Below are positions 40,001 through 47,344 of a stretch of DNA of 64,000 nt, one piece after another. The notes beneath the pieces were generated by a model, which was not told where the DNA came from, made no database searches, and saw nothing but the letters and a program-made list of their open reading frames with translations. Numbering within the stretch: position 1 is the stretch's first letter; each line of letters begins with the position of its first letter. A program made the translations under genes and the position numbers. Origin of the DNA: a bacterium. Lineage in GTDB: Bacteria > UBA8248. The stretch lies in assembly GCA_965199855.1 (NCBI GenBank), contig OZ241326.1, positions 2,400,001 through 2,464,000 of the forward strand, in the 5' to 3' direction.

Positions 40001-41685
40001 CGGGAGTAATCGCCCGTCGTCGTGACGGAGACGCGGGAGAGATCTACGCGGGAGACGGGCTCCAGGGGGCTGTCCCCGGCGCTGGTGGCGTGTCTGGCGT
40101 AGATGCCGTAGGAGGCGTCCCCGGTCGTCTCGACGACGGCGTTCTCCAGCGTCATGAAGAGCGAGCCGCCGCTGATCTCGTTGGAGCTGAACGAGCGGTA
40201 GCCATGGACTCCGTGGACCCAGTTCGCCGATGTCTTGACGGAGGCGTCCCTCACCTCGACGACGGCGTCGCCCACGCCGCTGAAATGATAGGCATAGACG
40301 CCGTGGTTGCCGCTGCTCTCGATGGAGCCGCCCCGGATGGAGACGGAGAGGTCGGCCGTCTCCCCGGCCGGAGCGTCCGCCTCGTATGGCTGCCTCCCGC
40401 TAAGGGAGGCGTGGACGCCGGTGCTCGTCGTCTTGACGTCGACGCCGATCAGCCTGACGGAGACGTCGGCCGACTTTCCTTCGCCCGGCTTTCCCCTGTG
40501 CTCGGCGTGGACGCCGGAGGCGAAGGAGCCCACGGTCGAGATGGAGCCTCCCGTCAGCTCGACGTCGATGTCGCCCGTCCCCGCCGAGGCGCTTTTGTAG
40601 GCGTAGACGGCGCGGGCGCTGCTGCCCGTCGTCGTTCCGTCCTCCAGGACGCTTCCCGTCGAGATGTCCACGTCGTCCAGCCGGAGGACGACGTCGCCCG
40701 TGGCGCCGCTGTGCAGGGCATAGATGGCGCGGGCGCTGTTGCCCGTCGTCCGGATGGAGCCGCCCTCGACGTCGAGCCTGATGTCGCCCCTTCCGCTCGT
40801 CTGCTGCCGGACGTATACGCCGACGCCGTTCGAGCCGGCCGTCCGGATATCCAGGTCCCGCAGGGAGACGCGGACGTCGCCCGATTCGTATTCGGTCGGG
40901 TCGCTCGGGTCGTCCTTCGGCTTGGCCGCGCCCCGCATGTTGGCGTAGATGCCGTAGGAGAGCCGCCCCGCCGTCTTGATGGAGCCGCCCTCGACGTCGA
41001 TCTCGATGTCGCCCCCGCCGTTCTGATAGGCGTAGAGGGCGTGCTGGATCTGGCCGGTCGTCTCGAGCGCCGCCGCGCCGCTCAGGTCGATGTCGATCTT
41101 CTCCTTCGCCTCGCTGCTGACGGAGAGAGCGGTGGATGCGCTCGTGATGGAGCCGCCCCGGACCCTGACGCGAACCTCGCCCGACGGGCTGTCCCGACCC
41201 GGGTACGGGTTCAGGCTAACGAAAACGCCTTCGCCCGTCGCCCGGATGGCCGTGTTCGAGAGGTCGACGTCGATGGCGACGGGGGGCGTCCCGGTTCCCG
41301 AGCCCCTGTGATAGGCATAGACGCCCCGGGCGGTGGTTCCCGTCGTCGCGAGGGCGCTGTCGCTCACGTCGACGTCGATCCTGCCCGTGGGGCCCAGATA
41401 GACGGCCTCGATGACGTGGTCGCCGTTGATCGTGGTCGTGTGGTCGAGATCGCTGTGGCTCATCTCGAGATCGCCGGTTCCGGTCAGGCCGACATCGCAC
41501 TCGTAGCCCCGGCTGGGGATGGCCTGATTGGGGCCTTCGCACGTGACCTGCGCCGCCGCCTCCCCCGCGCAGAGCAGGAGCGCGAGAAGGCCCATGGCGA
41601 GGGCGCCCGCGCCGCGACCCCTGCGGCCGCGCCTGCCGGGCGAGAGAGAGGAGGTTCCGGCGGCGGCCCGCTTCTTCCGGCTCAT
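37027..41685 (-). CDS. Autotransporter (type Va) adhesin-like protein 2
   Basis: AAGGAG SD; signal peptide ending AAA-Q; repeats GGSI-T-G...GVYA; linker GVYEALPGLL; C-terminal beta-barrel ending AEMRF. Confidence 0.9.
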   Translation of the reverse strand: MSRKKRAAAGTSSLSPGRRGRRGRGAGALAMGLLALLLCAGEAAAQVTCEGPNQAIPSRGYECDVGLTGTGDLEMSHSDLDHTTTINGDHVIEAVYLGPTGRIDVDVSDSALATTGTTARGVYAYHRGSGTGTPPVAIDVDLSNTAIRATGEGVFVSLNPYPGRDSPSGEVRVRVRGGSITSASTALSVSSEAKEKIDIDLSGAAALETTGQIQHALYAYQNGGGDIEIDVEGGSIKTAGRLSYGIYANMRGAAKPKDDPSDPTEYESGDVRVSLRDLDIRTAGSNGVGVYVRQQTSGRGDIRLDVEGGSIRTTGNSARAIYALHSGATGDVVLRLDDVDISTGSVLEDGTTTGSSARAVYAYKSASAGTGDIDVELTGGSISTVGSFASGVHAEHRGKPGEGKSADVSVRLIGVDVKTTSTGVHASLSGRQPYEADAPAGETADLSVSIRGGSIESSGNHGVYAYHFSGVGDAVVEVRDASVKTSANWVHGVHGYRSFSSNEISGGSLFMTLENAVVETTGDASYGIYARHATSAGDSPLEPVSRVDLSRVSVTTTGDYSRGLYATGNGSGDVIVNFGSGRIRAEGVGALGLDAEQGLGSTGLISGTGSLEPYADDQGLGSIDFRIGAEARVESPFFIGAQGRLFNNGSPAGRLLVTNAGTIEARAVGVHAWAPRSSGSTFGEGTRTADDAARTEPMIHVASSGDITVGASVMDDFIRARIAGEDGTLSTGERAVLSAVTANDSDALEAALDALPAAYDDDWKAEARELLRKRGWTPDLSQTRADAAADAILELVPTGIRVLVLDHHAYARYVRYGDYDRALSRWWPPLTDEEQALFDEQTELSAVERAILEALLLGGDLEAALARLSSLYADYKDTVRALALRYNAGDVRVDVTGGTITAEGDGVYARYVIAHDRNGAIMVSVAEGASVSGGRNGLYVGGAGEGEGNSRAQSVSIDGEVRGGTGAGVYMKGGGRLMVGAAGVVGATSGVGVLADGSGDLTATVAGRVEGDVRNAGGALMLTTTAGSVITGTVHDPVGPVVVPGSVGRILLAEGGEVAVPATGALTGVEVDGGTEALRSEAGDLRVSIAGRVTGDVRSLGGDLTAIISGVVEGDVEGLGAGDHAVTISAGGEVTGVIHLAASSVVVDGRVCAVLLDRGGVVTVGAAGVVKEVDGASIRAGGGTLRVNLTLDARRLPDVIAGAIVLEGGEPDIYVNGVKLSGAAEGVTGAEAPNGARDVSLRAGAAGGIELIERHAPRAGVYEALPGLLHRMESGRTREARTTAPGSPVWVRLSGTEGSRGARRSTSSAKYDFASTGLEAGLAVSFPWTSGLTGSLSLRHQRGAAETSLADGKGEIDLAGVGLGAGLSWRSGDGWYLRGEFSVMDYDADLTSRKWGRLRGEVGAGVRVLDVEAGRRLAPGERFALTPRAWLTRSRISMEGFTDALGARVRLIEGDRLSGGFGAAAELVRGAAGGTLALRGSLDLETVLSGEKTSVEVSGERLHAEADGSRFLVGLGARWRKGRFTIGGEISSSGPGSDDKTLGARLSAEMRF

Positions 41686-42038
41686 GGCGCGCTCCTTTTC
41701 ATGTCGGTGAGTCGGTGAGTCGGTGAGTCGGTGAGTCGGTGAGTCGGTGAGTCGGTGAGTCGGTGAGTCGGTGAGTCGGTGAGTCGGTGAGTCGGTGAGT
41801 CGGTGAGTCGGTGAGTCGGTGAGTCGGTGAGTCGGTGAGTCGGTGAGTCGGTGAGTCGGTGAGTCGGTGAGTCGGTGAGTCGGTGAGTCGGTGAGTCGGT
41901 GAGTCGGTGAGTCGGTGAGTCGGTGAGTCGGTGAGTCGGTGAGTCGGTGAGTCGGTGAGTCGGTGAGTCGGTGAGTCGGTGAGTCGGTGAGTCGGCAACA
42001 GTATGCCGCAGGCTCGCGGCGAGGTCAAACGGCGTCAC
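41682..42038 (-). CDS. Putative leader ORF made of (DSPTHRLT)n repeats
   Basis: GTG 42038 is preceded by GGAGG at 7-nt spacing. The frame reads through the 8-bp tract, and its TGA overlaps the autotransporter ATG (ATGA). Translation is unproven. Confidence 0.45.
   Translation of the reverse strand: MTPFDLAASLRHTVADSPTHRLTDSPTHRLTDSPTHRLTDSPTHRLTDSPTHRLTDSPTHRLTDSPTHRLTDSPTHRLTDSPTHRLTDSPTHRLTDSPTHRLTDSPTHRLTDMKRSAP
41703..41995. repeat. Perfect octamer tandem repeat (GTCGGTGA)x36 plus a partial unit
   Basis: 41703-41990 is 288 bp, i.e. 36 exact units, followed by GTCGG. Confidence 0.98.
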
Positions 42039-42109
42039 GGCGGTCCCTCCCCCGGATTCTCCCTTCGCGGCGGACGCTTCCCCTCGAAATCTCCATGTAA
42101 GAATGCCAT

Positions 42110-42138
42110 ATCATACGCGAGGGGAGGACGGGAGGCAA
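42110..42138 (-). promoter_or_regulatory. Putative sigma70 promoter driving the leader and autotransporter 2
   Basis: Minus strand TTGCCT (42138-42133), 17 bp, TATGAT (42115-42110). Confidence 0.65.
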
Positions 42139-42188
42139 GCCGCGTTTCGGGAGGATTCGCGCCGCCGCGCCATTCGGCGGGGTTTTTC

Positions 42189-42690
42189 GTAGGGGCGGCC
42201 CCCTGTGGTTGTCCCTGCGATCCGCATTACAACCTGCAAACGGGGCGCAAGAATGCGCCCCCTACGGGGGAGGCGGCAATGGTTTCGTAGGGGCGGCCCC
42301 TCCCCGGGGCCGCCCCACAATTCGGGAACCGCCCGTTTTGAAGGGAAGACAATCAAAACCCTGGATTCCGGCCTTCGCCGGAATGACGGGATTCCGGGGC
42401 GTCCCGCGGCGGAGGGGAAATCCTCGCCGTCGTCTCGATGTTGTTCCCTGCCGGATCAAAGGGACGCCGGGGTTGACCTTTCGCCGTCATTCCGGCGAAG
42501 GCCGGAACCCGGAACCGGCGCGCGCGGCGAAAAAAACCTTTCCGGCCCATCCATACGTGGGCCGCATATTATGCGTCTCGCGTTGTTTCCGTTTGCGTCG
42601 CGGGCGGTTCTCGAACCGCCCCTACGGGGATGGTCGCCTAGGGATGATGAAGGGCCGTAGGGAAAACCCCCCGTGGTTGTCCCTGCGATC
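42189..42690. repeat. REP mosaic array 7, including the left arm (~42283-42684) of a ~400-bp inverted repeat
   Basis: Reverse complement of 46624-47028. The ORF-track translations 42353..42550(-) and 46761..46958(+) are identical. Confidence 0.92.
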
Positions 42691-42740
42691 CGCGCCGCGC
42701 CATCGCCGGCCCGCGGAATGCGCCATCCGGGGCCGCGGCG

Positions 42741-44510
42741 CTATTGGGGCGGCACGATGGGCAGCATGAGCCAGGAGGGGCGCTCGGGGCCGCAGTGGAG
42801 GGTCACGCGCCCGCCGAAAATCTCCTCCGGCCTGTCGCGGGGGTCGTCGTGCAGGAAGGGCCCGCAGCCTCTGAACACGTTTTTCATGTTCGAGAGCCTG
42901 TGCGTGGTGGCGCAGCTGTATTCGTAGTCCCTGCCGCGCACGCTGAGGGCGAGCCTGTAGCCGGGGGGGACGACGACGCAGGTGGGCCACACCTCCACGT
43001 CGAGCTCATAGACCTCGCCCGGCGTCAGGGGCTGCTTCTCCTCGTGGGCCTGATAGGGCTTCCACTCGGTGGAAAGGGCGGGGTCGAGCTTGCGGTGCGA
43101 GGCGCGCAGCCAGCCCTGGGCGATGGGGGTGTTGGGGTCGAGCGTCCCCTGGAAGGTGATCTCCCGCATGTCGGGGGTGAAGAGGCGAACCACGAGGAAG
43201 AGATCGGCGTCCTCCGTCTCCGAGGAGACGAAGAGCTTGGAGGCTATCGGGCCGGTGATCTCCGTCTCGGCGTCGAAGGGCGGCAGCATGAAGGTGAGCC
43301 CCGCGCCCATGCCCTCGTAGGAGATCGTCCGCTCCGCCCCGGGCGGGTCGGCGTCCAGGCTCATGCGCGCCGGGTCGAGGTGAAACTTCGTCCACCGCGT
43401 GCGCGCGAGGGGCCATTCGTTCTCCGTCCGCTCGACGAAGCGCTCGCCCACGTGGCGCACCTTGAGGAGGACGGGGGGGCGCTCCTTCCAGCCGTTGTCC
43501 TCGCCCTTGAGGTAGTGGCCGAAAAACTGCTTCTGAAGGCTCTCGCCGTAGGGGGTGTAGAACTCCGTCCAGTGCTCGAAGCCGTGAACCTCCAGCCACT
43601 TCTCCTTCGACGCCGCGCGCAGGAAGCCCTCGTAGTTTCCCCGGGGGTGGAGGCCCTGCCCGCCCCAGCTCGCCGCCGAGAGGAAGGGGGTGGATATCTT
43701 CTCCCACCGCGCGGAGCGCTCCCGGTGCCAGTCGTCATCGAGCGGATGGGCGAGAATCTCGCCGCCGTAGTCCGAGCGGCTCCTCGCCAGCGTCTCCTCG
43801 TCCAGGGTGTCGGGGCCGCAGACGAGGCCGCCGTGGACGCGGCTCCTGGGCCCCCGCTCCCCCAGCCCGTGCTGGACGGTCTTCACCTGCATGTCATACC
43901 AGTTGGCGAGGAAGGTGGTGAGGATGCCCCCCTGGCGGCACATGTCCCTGTAAAAATCGGCCGCCCCCTCCCAGACGCACATGGCCGCCAGATGCTTCGG
44001 GTTCAGGCCCGCCACGTGCCACTGGTTGATGGCGTAGTAGGAGATGCCCGTCAGCCCCACCTTGCCGCTGCACCAGGGGCGCGCCCCCGCCCACTCGACG
44101 CAGGCGGCGAAGTCCCTCGTCTCGCGCATGGAGAAGTGGTCGATGTAGCCCGGCGAGCGGCCCGTCCCGCGCGAGTCCACGCGCACGCAGGCGTAGCCGT
44201 CCGGCACCCACTTCTCGGGGTCCACGACCTCCCAGCTCTGGTGGACGTTCGAGGAGCCGGCGATGGCGTCGGGGTGGGCCGTGGAGAAGAGCTCCCACGC
44301 CGTCTCGTAGCCGTCCTGCCAGGCGAGGTCCTTGGCGTAGGGGCCGTAGCTCAGGATGGCGGGGCATCGCCCCGCGTCGTCGGGCCGATAGACGTTCGCC
44401 CGCAGAACGAGGCCGTCGTCCATCCGGATGGGGACGTCCCACTCGATGAGAAAGCCGTCGCGCCTCTCGACGCGGTATTGGGGGTCGGCGTCCGGGTCGA
44501 TGTCGCTCAT
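42741..44510 (-). CDS. CocE/NonD-family (S15-like) serine hydrolase, copy 2
   Basis: IRMDDGLVLRANVYRP, GYACVRVDSRGTGRSPG, GISYY nucleophile motif, EITGP, GWLRASHR. ATG 44510 overlaps the upstream stop. Confidence 0.93.
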   Translation of the reverse strand: MSDIDPDADPQYRVERRDGFLIEWDVPIRMDDGLVLRANVYRPDDAGRCPAILSYGPYAKDLAWQDGYETAWELFSTAHPDAIAGSSNVHQSWEVVDPEKWVPDGYACVRVDSRGTGRSPGYIDHFSMRETRDFAACVEWAGARPWCSGKVGLTGISYYAINQWHVAGLNPKHLAAMCVWEGAADFYRDMCRQGGILTTFLANWYDMQVKTVQHGLGERGPRSRVHGGLVCGPDTLDEETLARSRSDYGGEILAHPLDDDWHRERSARWEKISTPFLSAASWGGQGLHPRGNYEGFLRAASKEKWLEVHGFEHWTEFYTPYGESLQKQFFGHYLKGEDNGWKERPPVLLKVRHVGERFVERTENEWPLARTRWTKFHLDPARMSLDADPPGAERTISYEGMGAGLTFMLPPFDAETEITGPIASKLFVSSETEDADLFLVVRLFTPDMREITFQGTLDPNTPIAQGWLRASHRKLDPALSTEWKPYQAHEEKQPLTPGEVYELDVEVWPTCVVVPPGYRLALSVRGRDYEYSCATTHRLSNMKNVFRGCGPFLHDDPRDRPEEIFGGRVTLHCGPERPSWLMLPIVPPQ

Positions 44511-46288
44511 GTTTTCCGTCCTTCCCGCTCGGGGCGCTGTTTTTCGGGAATCACCGGCAGCATTACGTACGCCTCGCGCTTCCCGCCGCAGTGGAGGGTG
44601 ACGCTTCTGCCGAAGACCTCGGCGGGCCTGTCCTTCGGGTCGTTGTGCAGGAAGCAGCCGCAGCCGGTGAACTCGTTCTTCATGTTGGAGAGGCCGCCGC
44701 CCGCCCCGCCGGGGTATTCGTAGTCCTTGCCGCGCACCGTGAAGGCGAGCCTGTGGCCCCTGGGAACGACGATGCAGGTCGGCCATATCTCGACGTCGAG
44801 CTCATAGACCTCGCCCGGCGTCAGGGGCTGCTCCTCGTCGTGGCTGTGGTAGGGCCGGTAGGGCAGCGTCTTCTCCGGGTCGAGCTTGCGGTGCGAGGCG
44901 CGCAGCCAGCCCTGGGCGACGGGGGTGTGCGGGTCGAGCGCGCCCTGGAAGGTGATCTCCCGCATGTCGGGCGAGAAGACGCGGACGACGACGAAGAGAT
45001 CGGCGTCGCGCGTCTCGGAGGAGACGAAGAGCTTCGCCGCCATGGGGCCGGTGATCTCCGTCTCCTCCGCCAGCGGCGGGGCGAGGAAGGTCGCGCCCTC
45101 GCCGAAGCCGGCGTAGGAGGCCGCGGCCTCCTCGGCGACGGGTTCGCTCTCCAGGGAATGCGCCGCCGCGTTCAGGTAGTATTTCGTCCACCGCGTCCGC
45201 GCCAGGGGCCATTCGTTCTCCGTCCGCTCGACGAAGCGCTCGCCGGGGTGGCGCACCTGGAGCAGCACCCGGGGCCGCTCGCGCCAGCCGTTGTCCTCGC
45301 CCTTGAGGTAGTGGCCGAAGAATTTCTTCTGCATCCCGACGCCGTAGTCGGTGTAGAACTCCGTCCAGTGCTCGATGCCGTGGACCTCCAGCCACTTCTC
45401 CTCGCAGCCGGCCTCGAGGAAGCCCTCGAAGTTGCCGCGCGGGTGCAGCCCCTGCCCGCCCCAGTTGGCGGAGGAGAGCAGGGGAGTCCGTATCTTGCCG
45501 AAGTCGGGCATCCGGGAGCGCCAGTAGTCGTCGGTGTCGAGCTTGCGGGAGAAGCACTCCTCGCCGAAGTCCCGGCGGTTCGCGCCGAGCTCCTCCTCGG
45601 TGAGCGTGGGGGGGCCGGACACCCAGTCGCCCGTGAAGCGGCTCCTGAAGCCGCGCGTCCCGCGCCCGTGCTGGACGCTGTAGACCTGCATCTCCGGCCA
45701 GTTGCGCGCGAAGCCGTTGCAGAAGATGCCGCCGTGATGCGCCATGTCCCGATAGAAGTCGGCCGCCCCCTCCCAGACGCACATGGCGGCCAGGTGGGGC
45801 GGCTGGAGCGCGCCCACCTGCCACTGGTTCATCCCGTAGTAGGAGATGCCGTTCAGCCCGACTTTGCCCGAGCTCCAGGGCTGGACGGCCGCCCACTCGA
45901 TGCACAGGTAGAAGTCCTTCGCCTCGCGCGCCGACCAGATGTCGATGACGCCGGGCGAGCGGCCCGCCCCGCGCGAGTCCACGCGGACGACCGCGTAGCC
46001 GTCCGGCACCCACTTCTCGGGGTCCACGACCTCCCAGTTCTGGTATTTGTTGGTGGAGCCGGCGGGGACGTCCGGGTGCTCCTCGACCATGCGCGTCCAG
46101 CAGGTCTCGTAGAGGTCCTCGAAGTGCAGATACTTGCCGTAGGGCCCGTAGGTCATGATGACGGGGTATTTCCCCTCGTCCGGCGGGCGATAGACGTCGC
46201 AGCGCAGCGTCACGCCGTCCTCCATCGGGATGGGAGCGTCCCAGTCGATGCGCATCCCGTCCCTGTCCTCCGTCCTGAAGTCGCTCAT
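44507..46288 (-). CDS. CocE/NonD-family serine hydrolase, copy 1
   Basis: IPMEDGVTLRCDVYRP, VDSRGAGRSPG, GISYY, GWLRASHR; close paralog of the downstream gene. Confidence 0.93.
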   Translation of the reverse strand: MSDFRTEDRDGMRIDWDAPIPMEDGVTLRCDVYRPPDEGKYPVIMTYGPYGKYLHFEDLYETCWTRMVEEHPDVPAGSTNKYQNWEVVDPEKWVPDGYAVVRVDSRGAGRSPGVIDIWSAREAKDFYLCIEWAAVQPWSSGKVGLNGISYYGMNQWQVGALQPPHLAAMCVWEGAADFYRDMAHHGGIFCNGFARNWPEMQVYSVQHGRGTRGFRSRFTGDWVSGPPTLTEEELGANRRDFGEECFSRKLDTDDYWRSRMPDFGKIRTPLLSSANWGGQGLHPRGNFEGFLEAGCEEKWLEVHGIEHWTEFYTDYGVGMQKKFFGHYLKGEDNGWRERPRVLLQVRHPGERFVERTENEWPLARTRWTKYYLNAAAHSLESEPVAEEAAASYAGFGEGATFLAPPLAEETEITGPMAAKLFVSSETRDADLFVVVRVFSPDMREITFQGALDPHTPVAQGWLRASHRKLDPEKTLPYRPYHSHDEEQPLTPGEVYELDVEIWPTCIVVPRGHRLAFTVRGKDYEYPGGAGGGLSNMKNEFTGCGCFLHNDPKDRPAEVFGRSVTLHCGGKREAYVMLPVIPEKQRPEREGRKT

Positions 46289-46427
46289 TCGTCGCCTCCC
46301 CCCGGCTCTCGATCCTGGTTTTCGGCGCGGGCCGCCGCCGCGAGAATTCCGCCGCCCCGTCGGTGAACGCGGGCATTATACCGCCCCCGCGCGCCTCGAT
46401 CCAGGGAGGCGGCGAGGCGCGGCAATC

Positions 46428-47237
46428 CCGCAGGGGTCGTTCGGAAACGACCCGCCGCCTCCGACGCGAATGTCTTTTGAATAGGGGCGGTTCACGAATT
46501 GCGGGGCGGCCCCGAGGAGGGGGCGCCCCTGCGAAATCACAAACCCCGCGTTCCCCGCCGTAGGGGGCATCCCCGGCCGTCATTCCGGCGAAGGCCGGAA
46601 TCCAGGGTTTTGTTTTTTGACGAAGGACAACCCCCGGTGGTTTTCCCTACGGCCCTTCATCATCCCTAGGCGACCATCCCCGTAGGGGCGGTTCGGGAAC
46701 CGCCCGCATCGCCATCCATGAAAAACAACGCGGGACGCATAATATGCGGCCCACGTATGGATGGGCCGGAAAGGTTTTTTTCGCCGCGCGCGCCGGTTCC
46801 GGGTTCCGGCCTTCGCCGGAATGACGGCGAAAGGTCAACCCCGGCGTCCCTTTGATCCGGCAGGGAACAACATCGAGACGACGGCGAGGATTTCCCCTCC
46901 GCCGCGGGACGCCCCGGAATCCCGTCATTCCGGCGAAGGCCGGAATCCAGGGTTTTGATTGTCTTCCCTTCAAAACGGGCGGTTCCCGAATTGTGGGGCG
47001 GCCCCGGGGAGGGGCCGCCCCTGCGAAATCACAAAGCCCGCATCCCCACGAAACGCCGGGCGGGACGCATGAATGCGTCCCCTACGCAAATCAAAATCGC
47101 CGCCACCCGTAATGGACACGAATTCGCGCGGCGATCAATCATCGCAACGGGTGGCCACAGGGGTAGGGATCGTTCGGGAACGACCCGCCGGCTCCGACGC
47201 GAATCCTTCTATGATACGGGCGGTTCCCGAACCGCCC
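46428..47237. repeat. REP mosaic array 8, including the right arm (~46624-47028) of the inverted repeat
   Basis: GTAG/CGTC units in opposite orientation to array 7. Confidence 0.92.
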
Positions 47238-47344
47238 GCGCGGCGTTTCCGAAGCCCGCTCCGCCGCGTCCCTTGCGGGCGTTTTCCGTTTTCCGCCGAA
47301 CGTGGTATATTCAGCGCCTGTGGACAATCTTTCGGAGGGCGCGG

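Noticed and set aside
30266-41718. Very long plus-strand ORFs (1723 aa and 1611 aa) and similar long ORFs antisense to mrp, aceE and CocE
   Set aside because: These are antisense shadows of real genes, expected with high-GC codon bias; Arg/Ala/Pro-rich with no motifs.
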